A DNA stretch of 64,000 nucleotides from Octopus vulgaris (GCA_951406725.2 OX597823.1:8990001-9054000), one strand, 5' to 3'; numbered from the stretch's first letter, positions 27,553-42,360 are shown. Translations and numbers: made by a program. The notes: generated by a model not told the origin, from the letters alone.

Positions 27553-27762
27553 ATTTCTTGATTGCCCACAAGGGGCTAGACATAGAAGAGACAAACAAGG
27601 ACAGACAAAGGGATTAAGTCGATTAGATCGACCCCAGTGCGTAACTGGTACTTAATTTATCGACCCCGAAAGGATGAAAGGCAAAGTCGACCTCGGCGGA
27701 ATTTGAACTCAGAACGTAACGGCTGACGAAATACGGCTACGATTCTGCCAGCTCGCCGCCTT
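27553..27762 (-). mobile_element. SINE family B
   Basis: Reverse complement of GGCGGCGAGCTGGCAGAA...GCCTTTCATCCTTTCGGGGTCGATAAATTAAGTACC. Confidence 0.85.
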
Positions 27763-27979
27763 CTCTTTAACACCTACTCTTTCTGTCTCGCACTCAGATC
27801 GCTATTATTTATAGTCGTTCGGTCACATCTATTCTCGCAGGGGTGTTGTGGGTCTAGCCACAACGCTACCAAGTGTTAAAATTGTGATATAAAAACGAAG
27901 ACGATTATATGCATATCTCCTAGAAGTTTTTAGACGGGTATGTTTGTTAGAATAAATGTGTTGCTACTCGCAGTATTAT

Positions 27980-28402
27980 GGGATCTTTTCAGTTTGAACG
28001 GCAGTTTTTAACATAATTTCTAGGTAACTAAAAAATTTTAAACTTCGTATACTGGTAGAATGTGTTTATAAAGCATCTTTTTCTCTTGGCTTTATTGAGA
28101 AAATTCTATAGTTTGTAAGATATTTGTTGTTGTTTTTTTTCGTAAAAATTTCAACCAATTTCAACCAATCAATTACTATTCTGTGCCGTATGAATATGTC
28201 CCTCGTTTAAGAAACAGATTGGGTTTATTTACATTTGTGAAGAAAAAAAGATACCCTTCACCCCCACCCTAACCCTAACTCTAATTAACCCTAACCCTAA
28301 AACAGATAGAAATGCAATAGATCGATACTAGGGTCATAATTATGGGTGACAATTACATATGGCACCGTTAGAAAAAATTGCTGTTCAAACCGAAAAGATC
28401 CC
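27980..28402. mobile_element. MITE with about 29-bp TIRs and internal (CCCTAA)-like repeats
   Basis: GGGATCTTTTCAGTTTGAACGGCAGTTTT ... AAAATTGCTGTTCAAACCGAAAAGATCCC; CCCTAA units at about 28267-28300. Confidence 0.75.
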
Positions 28403-28858
28403 TCCGTTCTTCATCCTAAACTATTTTTGAAAATAATAAATCTATATATTACCGTATGGGTTACAACGGGCGTAGTCAAGTAGCCAAATCGTTGTGAGTA
28501 AGATAGTTGCAGTCCCTGGGCACTCATCTTGACAGAGTCCTATTGACAAGACGTTGTGAGTAAACAAACTTGACAGATTTTAATGGTTTGCTAATCAAAG
28601 AAGGAATCCGTTCATTTGCACAAAAGTTATAATGAAGCTTCTGTTTTTGATTGTGTGCTTTCTTTCGAAGACCTCGCAGTAATGGATTTTGTTGAGTTTA
28701 GACACATTAGTGCAGAAGACTTTAAATTAATGGGCTTTTACATTTATTAGATATAAACTCTTTCAAGGCTACGGATAACTAGCAGATGGGATTTGAAAAG
28801 GAGTGATTTAAAATGTGAGTACTCTTATATATTGCATTAATTTAGAATGACTTTATCA

Positions 28859-28915
<57 letters not shown>

Positions 28916-28973
28916 ATACACATACATATATATATATATATATATACATTCATATATATATACATACATGCAT

Positions 28974-29033
<60 letters not shown>

Positions 29034-29209
29034 GCACACATGCATATATAGGTACAGGATGTCACCAACAGTAAACAACATGAAATACGAAAACAAATGA
29101 CTTCAATACGCAAACATCGAAACAAAGGGAAAACAAGACAAGTAACGTAAAGAACGACCATTCATCAGTTGTCGGCCCTCTATATGCTCTTCATTTCGAG
29201 CTGACTAAT

Positions 29210-29372
29210 AGGCGCAGGAGTGGTTGTGTGATAAGAAGCTTACTTTCCAATCGCCTGGTCCTGGGTTTAGTTCCACTGCATGGCACCTTGGCTAAATGTC
29301 TTCCACTATGGCCTCGGCCCGAGCAAAGCCTTGTGAATGGATTTGGTAGACGGAAACCGAAAGAAGTCCGTC

Positions 29373-29375
<3 letters not shown>
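29210..29375 (+). mobile_element. SINE family A, head half
   Basis: AGGCGCAGGAGTGG...GAAGTCCGTCG followed by (TA)n. Confidence 0.75.
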
Positions 29376-29408
<33 letters not shown>

Positions 29409-29432
29409 TTTCATATAAGAGTGTATTGAGAT

Positions 29433-29482
<50 letters not shown>

Positions 29483-29599
29483 ATATATATATATAAATAT
29501 ATAACAAATACAAAATGGGACAACAACGCAAAACATCCAGACAGATACAGGTGAAAAGAAGGGGACAGTAAAACATCCAAATAGACGATACAAAGAAAA

Positions 29600-30030
29600 C
29601 AAGGACGGGTCATTCGGATATTTCTTTCCTCAGGCGAGTTCCAGTTTATCTTTGCAATTTCGGCTGGCTATACTCCAATCTGGCCAGCCTCAAGGAGAAC
29701 TAAGCTAAGCGCATTAGATTCCTTGGAGGAAAGCAGCGAATGTATACGAAAACAAGGACGGAAAAACCGCCAGCTTTATTTAATTCGTCCTTAATCGAAA
29801 GACACCTATTGTTATATCCTGTTATTTGTATTTGTGTAACTATCACCGTTTTTTTCGGTCCTTGTTTTCGTGTACATTCACTTCTTTCTTCCAAGGAATC
29901 TAAAGCTTTTACCTTAGTTTTTATTTGGGGCGGGCCAGATTAGAGCAATCTCGCGTATAACAAGCCGAAGCTGCACAGATAATCTGTAACTCGACTGAGG
30001 AACGAAAGCTGCGAATAACCCGTCCTTTTT
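29600..30030. repeat. Diverged inverted pair of a roughly 170-bp repeat
   Basis: 29600-29768 approximates the reverse complement of 29850-30028. Confidence 0.7.
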
Positions 30031-30073
30031 TCATTATATATATATATAGCGGCGTACGTACACTTTGGTCTAC

Positions 30074-30124
<51 letters not shown>

Positions 30125-30659
30125 CACCTTGTTTCACATTTATGTGCTAACTCCGGTAAATGTATATATATATATATACACACGCACACACACATACACA
30201 TATATATATATAGAGAGAGAGAGGGAAAGAGAGTAAAATAAGGATTCAAATAGAATCGGGTGCTTGAAAATACATGGACGAGGTAGGGTTGGATAAACCT
30301 GTGGTCTCGGCCTATGGTTGATAAATAATAAGAAAGATATTCCTGTTGTGTACACAGAGAAAACCAGCTCTATTGTGTGAGTTGAGAAAACCAATAATAG
30401 AGAAAACCAACTCTATTATGTAGCGCCTAGGGGCTTGTCCAAAGTATGTTTTACGTTAAATTGTACATTGTTGGTATACTCTAGGGTGTCCGACAAGCCG
30501 TAAATCCCACTGGAGTATTGTAATTAAATAAATAATAACGGAAGACGGATAATTGTCAGCTGTGCAGCTATTTCTTGTGCATTTTTTAGTAGAAGGATGA
30601 GAACATTACTTCATTAGAAAAGCTCATAATTATTAATTGAAACATAATTACACAAACAA

Positions 30660-31097
30660 AGGCAGCGAGCTGGCAGAACCGTTAGCACGCCGGGCGAAAT
30701 GCTTAGCGGTATTTCGTCTGCCGCTACGTTCTGAGTTCGACTTTGCCTTTCATACTTTCGGGGTCGATAAATTAAGTACCAGTTACGCACTGGGGTCGAT
30801 TTAAACGACTTAATATCTTTGTCTGTCTTTGTTTGTCCCCTCTATGTTTAGCCCCGTGTGGGCAATAAAGAAATAAGAATTGTTAGCACGCCGGGCGAAA
30901 TGCGTAGCCGTATTTCGTCTGCCGTTACGTTCTGAGTTCAAATTCCACCGAGGTCGACTTCGCCTTTCGGCAAAGTTATCGGGGTTGATAACTTAAGTAC
31001 CAATTAAGCACTGGGGTCGATTTAAACGACTTAATCCGTTTGTCTGTCCTTGTTTGTACCTTCCATGTTTAGCCCCTTCTGGGTAATAAGGAAACAT
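30660..31097 (+). mobile_element. Two tandem SINE family B copies
   Basis: 30660-30876, then 30877-31097 restarting at GAATTGTTAGCACGCC. Confidence 0.85.
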
Positions 31098-31458
31098 AAG
31101 AATATCCCAAGAATACAGCAGGGACGTGGTTCAAATCTGTTGTGGCTACACCCACATACACACGCATACATATATACACACATACACACACAAAAACACA
31201 CATGCACTCACACATACACACATACGCACTTATGCACACATACACACACATGCACACACATACACACACATACACACATATACACACACATACACACACA
31301 TTCACAAACATGCACTCACACATACACGCATACGCACTCATACATACACACATACACAGGCATAAACACACGCACATGCACACACACATACACACACATG
31401 TACACACATGCAGACACATGCACACATATACAGACACATACAGTCACAAACCCACACA

Positions 31459-31538
31459 TCTTTATATATGAAAGTTAGGTTGTGTGCTGTCTGCCTCCTA
31501 CGATTTAGATTCCTAACTACTCCCACATTTACGTGCAG
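31459..31538 (+). mobile_element. Helitron 5' fragment
   Basis: TCTTTATATATGAAAG...CCTACGATTTAGATTCCTAACTACTCCCACATTT. Confidence 0.7.
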
Positions 31539-31663
31539 ATACACATACATAAACACACGCACATGCACACACATACACAACATATGTACACACATGCACC
31601 CAAATACAGACAAATACAGACACAAACACATACACCCACACAAACACTATTAACACACACATG

Positions 31664-31705
<42 letters not shown>

Positions 31706-32078
31706 TATATATATATATATAGGTATGCAGGCGTGATTGTGTGGAAACAAGTTTGTATTCCACCCTTCGGTTTCGAATTCAGTCTCACTACCTGCCACCC
31801 CAGGGAAGTGTCTTCTATTATAGCCCCAGGCCGACCAAAGCCTATTATGTGCCACTGGGTATGTGATTGTCCCACACTACTACATGGGAACCAGTATTAG
31901 TTTCTTTATGGTTTCTTAACTTAGTAATTCGGCAAAGGAGACGAGAGAGTAATCACCGGGATTAATAATATAAGTGTTGTGGTCAATTTCTTCGATTAAA
32001 TCTTTCAAGGCGGTGAATTACTCACAGTATAGCATAAAAAAACTAAACACATTGTGAAAGAAAAAAAAAACAATATAT

Positions 32079-32233
32079 AGGCGTAGGAGTGGTGAGTAGC
32101 TTCCTTACGAAACACATGGTTTCAGGTTCAGTCCCACTACGAGGCATCTTGGGCAAGTGTCTTCTGCTATAGTATCGGGCCGACCAAAGCCTTTTGAGTG
32201 GATTTAGTAGACGGAAACTGAAAGAAGCCCGTC

Positions 32234-32274
<41 letters not shown>

Positions 32275-32606
32275 TATATATATTATATATTCAACGTAAT
32301 AGATAAGTTTCAATTTATAAACAAGGAGTTACAACATCTTTATAGATTTATATGCCCTATACTATACATATCTATATATATATATACATATTTATATGTT
32401 TGTGTGTGTGTGTGTGTATATCCCCCCAACATCGCTTGACAACCGATGGTGGTGTGTTTATGTCCCCGTAACCTAGCGGTACGGCGAAAGATACCGATAG
32501 ATTAAGTACTAGGATTACAAAGAATAAGTCCTGGGATGATTTGGTCGACTAAAGGCGGTGCTCCAGCATGGCCATAGTCAAATGACTGAAACAAGTAAAA
32601 GAGTAA
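32079..32606 (+). mobile_element. SINE family A (a degenerate copy also lies at about 31729-32015)
   Basis: Colinear with family A. Confidence 0.8.
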
Positions 32607-32702
32607 GAAAATACAATGTAATGAATACAAACCAATCTTCACTCTGTTGTAAAGCGAGAATAAACAATAGAAAATGTTATAACTGTTTTCTTTAGGAATA
32701 AA

Positions 32703-33050
32703 TCTTTATATATAAAAGGCGTCTGTCTCCTACGATTTAGATTCCTAACTACTCCCACATTTAGCGGTTCAGTTTAACCAAAACCGGGTATCTTATAGTC
32801 GTGATTCATATCGAGCTCTTCTGAGTATTAGCGCTCGTCTACGATGAGTCTACGATTTAAAAAAAATTTACCATCATTTTTCCATCTTAATGCATTTTTT
32901 CGCTATTATATCAGGGAAGTAACTCTCTAAAAATGTCTACGATGAGTGAACGATTTAAAAAAAATTTTAATGCATTTTTAATGCATTTTTGGCTATTTTT
33001 TGGCTATAACTCTCTAAAAATGCTTGAGCAACGCCGGGCAATACTGCTAG
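32703..33050 (+). mobile_element. Non-autonomous Helitron
   Basis: A|TC...CTAG|T; interior matches the 18405 copy. Confidence 0.85.
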
Positions 33051-33426
33051 TTATTTATAATGAAGGGAGTAATCATAAATTATATGCCCCTCGTGATCTC
33101 CCAAAATGTTTTGCTATTATCTCAAGACCAATAAACTTAATAGACTTTTAAATACGTAAAGATTAAAACGATAATAATTATATATTAATACTTGTTTCTG
33201 ACACAAGCAGAACATTTTTGATGGGAGAGCTAAGTCACTACTATTGACAGCAGTACATGACTGGTACCATATTTTATCAACCTTGAACCGATGAAAGCCA
33301 ATGTTAATCTCGGTGCCATTTGAATTTGTAACATAGGTAACTAGAAGGATTACACAAGTGCATTTTCCCCGTTGCTCTCACGACTCAGCCAGAGGGAAAC
33401 TGAAAGAAGCCCGTCGTATATATATA

Positions 33427-33946
33427 TTGGGTTGTCTGGAAAGTTCGTGCCTATTTTTAAATGAAAGTAAACGGTCAATAAATACTTGCCATTACCCAAG
33501 ATTTACCAGGTGCTCATGAACTACGGATTTTGATAGGTTGAGGCTTTCTGCCAATTCTCGGGTTGTGCAATATGGGTTATTCTCAATTCATGACTTGATT
33601 TGGTCATCATCTGTAGTGGATGGTCTGCCTGATTGCTTTTATCAATACGGCTACAATCTCCAGCCCGGAACCTTGCGAACCACTTCCGTACCGTTCTTTC
33701 GGATAAAGAAACATTACCGTAAACTGTGCATATTTCTTTGGTTGCTTGTGAGGCATTTTTACCTTTACGGAAAAAGAAAGCATCAAATGCCGAATATGAA
33801 CTTTCTTATCTTCCATTTTAAAGAGTTACAGAATGAACACAGGTTATAGGAACATAAACCTTCTTCCATATTTCTAAAACCATATTTCTAAAATAAGTCG
33901 AAAGGTAAGCTACTATAAATCGGCACGAAATTTCCGGACAACACAA
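33427..33946 (-). mobile_element. Internally deleted mariner element
   Basis: TA-flanked TIRs TTGGGTTGTCTGGAAAGTTCGTGCC / GGCACGAAATTTCCGGACAACACAA; N-terminal MEDKKVHIRHLML mariner motif. Confidence 0.8.
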
Positions 33947-35136
33947 TATATACGTGTATATTTATGTGTGCGTGTGTTTGTAAATTTGCTAAATGTGTAC
34001 TGTACTAAATTAATCACTGATAGACTCAAGAAAACTACATACAATAAAACAAACGTAAGTAGGATCGAACATACGCGCATACACACTCACACACAAGCAC
34101 ACACTTACACGCACACACAAATATACACATACCTACTTACGCACACATACACACACTAATATACACATACCTACACACGCACACATATGCATTTATAAAG
34201 AGAAAACCTGCATACATTAATACATAAATATATACATGAAGGAAAGGAAACAAGATTTGAAGGTTGGGAGACTTAGTTATTATTGATATAAGATTTATAA
34301 TAATGATGCATATTTTAAATATCTACGTAAAATACTAATATTTCCTCCTTCAGTCAAATTACTGCTGTCAACTTCGGTGGAAAACTAGGATATAGGCTAG
34401 ATTACTTCTGACAATGTTATTATGCTAAAATTGAAATGAGATCTGCATAATCTCCAGAATGTCGACTAAATGGTCAAGTCTCCAGGGTCCATATACGAAG
34501 CTAAGTGGAGTGAATCTGAGTCCTAATGGCATCATTATCATCATGGCAATTCAATAACGTTCAACTTGATATCACTTGACATCGATGCATTCCTTCTGAA
34601 ATATATGACGGGCAATGACTTCCGTGATTGATCAGACTATCTGACGATTGGACATTTGCTTGTGTGTGTGTATGTATGTATGTATGTATGTATGTATGTA
34701 TGTACGTTTGATTCTTTATATATGTGTGTATGTGTGTATGTATGTATGTATGTATGTATGTATGTATGTATGTATGTATGCATGTATGTATGTGTTACGT
34801 ACGTATGTATGTATGTTTGATTGTTTATATATATGTGTGTGTATGTATGTATATACAACTGTTTATATATGTGTCTGTATGCATATATAAATGTGCGTGC
34901 TTGTGTTAGAGTGCATAATAAATATGTTTGTGCATACAAACGGGAGAGAAAGTACTCATTCCATGCAGTAGAGTCCATTTATTTATTCTAAGCTGCTGAA
35001 TCAATCTATAATCAATATATGCCAAAGTTTTCTGCCACATTCAAGGAAACGTAACGGTGGAATGAATGAATTAAAATAAATATCTATACACACACTCACA
35101 CATACACACATACATATACACATACATGAATTTGGA

Positions 35137-35332
35137 TACTCTTTTACTCTTTTATTTGTTTCATCCTTTTGACTGCGGCCATGCACCGCCTTTAGTCGAA
35201 GAAATCGACCCCAGGACTTATTCCTTGTAAGCTTCGTGCGTATTCCTTCGGCCTCTTTTGCTGAACCGCTAAGCTACGGGGCTGTGAACTCAACAGCATC
35301 GGTTGTCAAGTGATGTTGGGGGACAAACACAG

Positions 35333-35388
<56 letters not shown>

Positions 35389-35575
35389 GCACACACAAGC
35401 ACATATATATATACGACGGGATTCTTTCATTTTCCGCCTACCAAATCCACTCACAAGATTTGGTCTGCCTGAGGCTATATTAGAAGACAATTGTGCAAGA
35501 TGCCACGCAGTAGGACTGAACGCGAAACCATGTGGCTGGTAAGCAAGCCATTTACCACACAGCCACCATGCGCCT
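35137..35575 (-). mobile_element. SINE family A
   Basis: Colinear reverse complement of family A. Confidence 0.8.
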
Positions 35576-36284
35576 GATATCTAACAGAAATATTAAATAT
35601 AATCATTATTTTCATCCAAAATTTTTTGGATAGAAATTCTTACCAGCTTTCATAACTTACCGTTTTCACGCATACTTATAAATATGTATGGTTTTATATG
35701 TGGCTCTTCTTCAAAAGTTGTTTAGTATCTTTTAGAGTTAAGAGCGCCAGATCTGAACATTTCTAACTAATTTTCACTTACATGTAAGCCACTTTATTCG
35801 TTAATGACTAAAATCTACTTAATATCGTAGCATGATATCCGCAGTCGTACCCTATTTGTTATCCTTTTCTGCCGGAAAATTATCTCGTAAGGGCATATTT
35901 TATTCTGTTTCCTTTATACGAGTATACATTTGCAATATTTTTGTCTCTATTTTAGGGGCATAAATATTTAATCCAGTCATCTGGTAAAATACTCAGTTTC
36001 TCTATAATAAAACGCGTTTCCTATGCAGATTTATTCATATTTTACATTACCTGTATTTTCACGCCTCATCTCATTTCCATCTTTCATTTTAAGGTTCATT
36101 AATGAACCTTGTCTAACGTATTGTATCACCATCCAAGCAAAACATGTTCTCATATTTTAATACTTCCTAAGTGTTCCATTAAATATACACACACACGTAA
36201 TACATATATGTATATATATATATATATACATACATAAATTTATATATGTGTATATATATGTATATATAGATGTATGTATATGTA

Positions 36285-36329
<45 letters not shown>

Positions 36330-36425
36330 GTATATAGATATATGTATGAATGTATGTATGCATTTAATGTATATTTCTATCTATTTCAATCTCTCTCTCT
36401 CTGTATATGTATGTATATGTATGTA

Positions 36426-36477
<52 letters not shown>

Positions 36478-37040
36478 TGTGTGTTTGTGTGTATGCATGC
36501 ATGTATGGTTATGTTGACGCAATCTGAGGAGATGCCGATTAGTGACCACCAAAGACATAGGAGAACTGTTGGTTGGAGGTGCTGGAGGCAATTGGTAAAT
36601 CCTGCGTGGATGATGTAAGCAATAGAATGCCTTTTCACAAAACATGTGTAACCTAAGAATGGATGTCAGACAATATTTACTTTTATTTAACACGAAACTT
36701 GTAGTCACCAAACAGGCCAGTTTTAAATCTGACGAAATTCTATGCCCGAAGGGTTGACAGAAGTGAGACAAATCAAGATATCCTAAAATTAAATATCTTC
36801 TCTGAAGACCGCTATTTTCCTGTCGTATCTGAAATGAATAAGAGTCATTTAGTGCAGATATGTCAAAGAATCCGCTTTCGACCTGAAGTAGCCACCGAAG
36901 CTGGAATCAGATTTATAAGATAATCTAATAAGAAAGTTTCTGCAACAATTTTTAATCAAAATTCATTTGGTTTTCGCTAGATTGTTGCTCTTATATGAAA
37001 CTATCACACTTTTTCTCTAATCACTCTTGCTCCTTGTACA

Positions 37041-37427
37041 TGGATGGAAGCACTCCGTCGGTTACGACGACGAAGGTTCCGGTTGATCCGAATCAACGGA
37101 ACAGCCTGCTCGTGAAATTAACGTGTAAGTGGCTGAGCACTCCACAAACACGTGTACCCTTAATGTAGTTCTCGGGGATATTCAGCGTGACACAGAGAGT
37201 GACAAGGCCGGCCCTTTGAAATACAGGTACAACAGAAACAGGAAGTAAGAGTGAGAGAAAGTTGTGGTGAAAGAGTACAGCAGGGATCACCACCATCCCT
37301 GCCGGAGCCTCGTGGAGCTTTAGGTGTTTTCGCTCAATAAACACTCACAACGCCCGGTCTGGGAATCGAAACCGCGATCCTACGACCGCGAGTCCGCTGC
37401 CCTAACCAGTGGGCCATTGCGCCTCCA
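37041..37427 (-). mobile_element. tRNA-derived SINE family C, (TCCA)n tail
   Basis: A box TGGCCCACTGG, B box GGTTTCGATTCC; matches the 54376 and 57680 copies. Confidence 0.85.
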
Positions 37428-38036
37428 CGTACAGTTAGATACATACACACATATACAACATATGCATAATAAATATATTTTAGGTGAACGTATAATGGCG
37501 AATGTTAATTTAGGTGAACGGATAATGGGGTATGTTAATTTATATTTTCTCAAATTTGAGTAGAAGTTGTATATTCAACTTGAAAATAATTATCTCAATC
37601 ACTTGTCTTATATGTAAATAAAGCATGATTTGTGCCGATATATATGAATGATGTATCATGCAGAGATAAATGCATATAATCTTTGCATATAAATGAATGA
37701 GAGAGACTAATCGAAATAGTGATGTCTACGTGTGTGTATATGTGCGTATTTGCGCGCCTCTGTATGTGTATGTATGTATGTATGTATGTATGTATGTATG
37801 TATGTATGTATGTATGTATGTATGTAGGTATGTATGTATATATGTATGTATGTATGTAGTGTGTAAGTGTATGCACATACATTGTATTTATATTCAAAGA
37901 TATGTTAATGAACTTATATATGTATACACGCATAAAATTATATTGTTAATGAAGGAAGTGAATATTATTATATGAAGGTATTTCTATGTACTTTACTGTG
38001 TTTTTCAGTGAACATGAATCTCGTAGCTATATTTTA

Positions 38037-38425
38037 CTAACAGTATCGCCCGGCGTTGCTCGGATTTGTTTCGACCCCTTATAATTGGCATTTTTGAAAA
38101 GTAAAATTTGTGCATTATGTAGCTTGTTATTCTCTTTAAGTGAACCTTTTTCTGGTTGAAATACGCCGAAAAATGGCGACACAGCAATCAAAAAGTCGTA
38201 AAAAATAGGGATTTTCATAGAAAACAAGCACCTTTTTCATGTTAATAATTTTTGGTATTAACATGGTCCGATCTGAATTTTTTCTTCTACGGAAGGAAGA
38301 GCAAACCTTCTATCATTCTCTCAATTTTGGTCAACTTGTGCCGCAGGATCTCGGAGGAGATAATGTTAGTTGAAGGCTACCAAACCTGCCATACACAGAC
38401 AACTTCAGCTTTATATATAGAGAGA
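38037..38425 (-). mobile_element. Non-autonomous Helitron, related 3' end with a different interior
   Basis: Plus strand starts CTAACAGTATCGCCCGGCGTTGCTCGG (3' end); the other end reads TCTCTCTATATATAAAG on the minus strand. Confidence 0.7.
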
Positions 38426-38936
38426 TTTTCTCGTATGTAAATGTATATATACAAATAAACGTATGTATACAGTTATTGACCAAATCTTGATTATGAAGAC
38501 GCTTATCTCTAATCGGCACAAATTTATTTTCCTAATCGACACTTCGCATTTAATTTCCTCCTCATTTGGTCTCCGTTTCAGAGTTCAGTCGTCTAAAGTT
38601 TCATCATTTATAACTCCTGTTACTTCCATCTTACCCATTCACTGAAATATGGTGTTCACTATTTTCACATTAACCTTGAATAAAGGCAAAATTTCTTGTC
38701 TCTTCCGAGAAGGCAATTTGTCCAGGACTTCAAAAATACTTTGACCAGCAAAATACGAAAGATTAACATTTCAGGAAGATTAACATTGTTCGAAAATTCA
38801 GAGTAGCATCGACTTCACAAGAATCACTATTTTAACAGTCAATCAATTAGTCAAACATTTAATCAATCATATGTATCTCTATATACCTATGTGTATACAC
38901 ATATATACATACATACATACATACATACATAAATAC

Positions 38937-38991
<55 letters not shown>

Positions 38992-38996
38992 GTGTA

Positions 38997-39039
<43 letters not shown>

Positions 39040-39172
39040 GCGACGGATGCAGTATTTGTTCAAATTAGCAATCTATATATATATATGCCTTAAAATATAT
39101 ATAGTGTTCAATGCCTTCTAAGCTGCACCATTCACTTACAGACGTATATATATGAATATATATATATATGTG

Positions 39173-39229
<57 letters not shown>

Positions 39230-40714
39230 GAGTGTATTTATATCATACAGTAATATATATATGTTACTGTATAATTGTCGCTGCAGTTAAGAAAATTATA
39301 GGTAAAAAATTTATCGTACTCTTTCTGCATAGTTCAACGTCCTTTGGAAACTGGAGACAAATATTAAGGCAGGAACATGTGTCCACAACTGTTCTCTTAT
39401 CCCTTGACAACAAGTTTGTCCTGTTCCTTAATAGCAGGGTAGCTTTAGCAAATTTCTACATTGTAGAGATTACCTCCTCTTATAATTACATCGTGTAGCG
39501 ATGGAAATAAATTTAATAAAACCAATCAATCAATCAGATAATTAATTGATCGATCAATCAACCTATCAATCTATCTTTCTAATTTCCTATCTATTTTCTC
39601 CCTATCTGTGCGTCTGTTTGTTTGTCAGGCTATCTATCTGTATGTGTATATATATATTATTTTATATCATATATAGTTTGCTTGTGTGTCAGTGAGAGTA
39701 TATATATATCAGAGGTTTTTACAATATGAGCGCGTCATATGTGTATATGCATATGAATGAGAAAGTGAGTGTATATGCTTGTATACATACATAAGTATGT
39801 ATATACGTGTATGCGCGTGATGTTTGCATGCACACAAATTGGCAGAATACACACACAAGCATATATACACATACATATCTGTGTTTGTGCATTTAAGCAC
39901 GTGCATTGCCCCGTACGTATTGCAACTATATTGCCTAAACGCGTCTCTTTCCATGTATCACTGTTCACTGTGTACAGAAAATTCGTTAATATATTTACTA
40001 ATTCCCAACTTCCAATCTCTAAGTAAATGTGGCATTTAATGAGCTAAAAATGGCGCCTAATCGTATCATGCTCCATTTCTTCTTCATGCATATGTATGAT
40101 AACCGATATGAGAGAAGGCTGACAAACTAGCAAAATAACCACATGTAAATGCTCGGCTTAAATGAGTTACGACTGGATAGATCTGGTTTCCTAAAATGTT
40201 ATCTGATATTGATTTGTATGACTGCAATTTTTTTCTTCATTTTAATTGGAAAATCCAGTTGTAAACACATATAGGAAAACAAGCAAATAGGCTGAAAGAT
40301 ATCTTATTCAATACACATACTTAGAATTCCCACTATGACACACACACACACACATGCACATTGAAATACGGGCTACGTTTACACATACATATTCTTATAT
40401 GCATACGTTGAGGCACACACATATATATATATGCATTCACATTTACGTTCTATGTATCGACAAATAACTACACATTCATACACACACTCTCCCTAACGCA
40501 CACATAATCGTACATGTCTTTCTCATATACAGAGTACACGACCTTGCACAAACAGAAACACACAGAGAAGAAACACATCACATGGAAACCACCCGCACAC
40601 TCACACACTCGCGCGCGTACTATCTCGGTTTTCCTCCTTTCTCAGTTACGTACAAATATTGAAAATTTAAAACAGTACGTTTGTTTACGAAGATGTATAA
40701 TCTCAAAGAAACAA

Positions 40715-41190
40715 ACACACACATACATATATAAATACATACATACATACATACATACATACATACATACATACATACATACGTACATACATAAATACAT
40801 ACACACACATACATACACACATACATACACACATACATACATACATACATACATACATACACACACATACATACATACATACATACACACACATACATAC
40901 ACATACACACACATACATACATACATACATACATACACACACATACATACATACATACACACATACATACATACACACACATACATACATACACACATAC
41001 ATACATACACACACACATACATACATACATACATACACACATACACACATACATACACACATACATACACACAGACATACATACATACACGCATACATAC
41101 ATACACACACATACATACATACACACATACATACATACATACACACACACATACATACACACATACATACACACACATACATACATACAC

Positions 41191-41221
<31 letters not shown>

Positions 41222-41350
41222 TACATACACACACATACACACATACATACACACATACATACACACACATACACACATACATACATACATACATACACAC
41301 AGACATACATACATACACACATACATACATACACCCACATACATACATAC

Positions 41351-41381
<31 letters not shown>

Positions 41382-41517
41382 TACATACACACATACATAC
41401 ACACACACATACATACATACACACATACATACATACATACATACATACATACATACATACATACATACACACATACATACATTCCTACATACATACGTAC
41501 ATACATACATACATACA

Positions 41518-41553
<36 letters not shown>

Positions 41554-41555
41554 CA
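40715..41555. repeat. Long (CATA)n/(CA)n compound microsatellite
   Basis: About 840 bp of ACAT/AC units; the 278-356 aa ORFs here are artefacts. Confidence 0.95.
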
Positions 41556-42075
41556 CGGTTGCTTATGCATCTGTATGTGCGTGAGAGTTTGTCTACTTTT
41601 ATATTTGCCCCGCAGTCCTGTCTGATTTGAAATTTTGTTTCTGCAATTCTATTGAATTACCCTGGTGGTAGTATTTTGGTATATTTGAAGAAGTGTAAAA
41701 GGATCATATTCTAACATTGCTTTTATGGTGTGTTTTTGTAAGCCACAACATTATTTGTTGTCATCGAAATGCTTAGGCAACGAAGGCCTCATTTCCTTTC
41801 TATAGGGATTAACTAGATCTTTTAATACTACCTGCAAATTGTAAGTCCCAGTTCATATGTACTGGGAAAACTAATAAATTTCAAATTTAATTTGATACTC
41901 GATTAATAAATATGAAAGTTAGATAAAGCTGCTAATTCGTTATCAGCGTTGGTTGACAGTTTTTCATATGGAGTTTTAGTGATATCGTTACATATGAGGG
42001 GTCACACCATTTTGGTCTTCATTATTTTGATGAAATTCATCGCAGGATAGTACATATATATATATATATATATTT

Positions 42076-42284
42076 TATGTGACCTCGTGAGTACCACTGG
42101 CGATTTTTTTCCCTCTGTCTTCCCTTCTCGGGATCTTTCCTTCTCCTATGTTTCCGACGAAGAGCTCCGCTCGAAACGTTAAATCCTCCTTCTTCCCTTC
42201 TTTTCTGAGCATCCAATAATACTTTATTTGTTCCACGTCCTCGACTCGCTGTGTTTTTTTTTTGTGTTTTCTTGTTTGGATTAA

Positions 42285-42290
<6 letters not shown>
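42076..42290 (+). mobile_element. Short Penelope-type terminal fragment between (TA)n tracts, carrying an HHR
   Basis: HHR 42150-42184: GTTT CCGACGA A GAGC-TCC-GCTC GAAA CGT T AAAT. Confidence 0.6.

Positions 42291-42360
<70 letters not shown>

Noticed and set aside
28267-28300. Telomere or chromosome fusion site
   Set aside because: Only a few imperfect units, inside a MITE.
29150-29200. Permuted (type II) hammerhead: GAAA...CTGATGA on minus here and at 55590-55630
   Set aside because: Helices I and III and a cleavage triplet cannot be formed.
36520-36850. Very decayed Penelope RT-like remnant (also about 21040-21530)
   Set aside because: Resemblance too weak to support without a profile search.
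40514-41584. Long ORFs (278-356 aa) and similar YIYI, poly-F and poly-I ORFs throughout
   Set aside because: Translations of stop-free microsatellites; no protein-like complexity.
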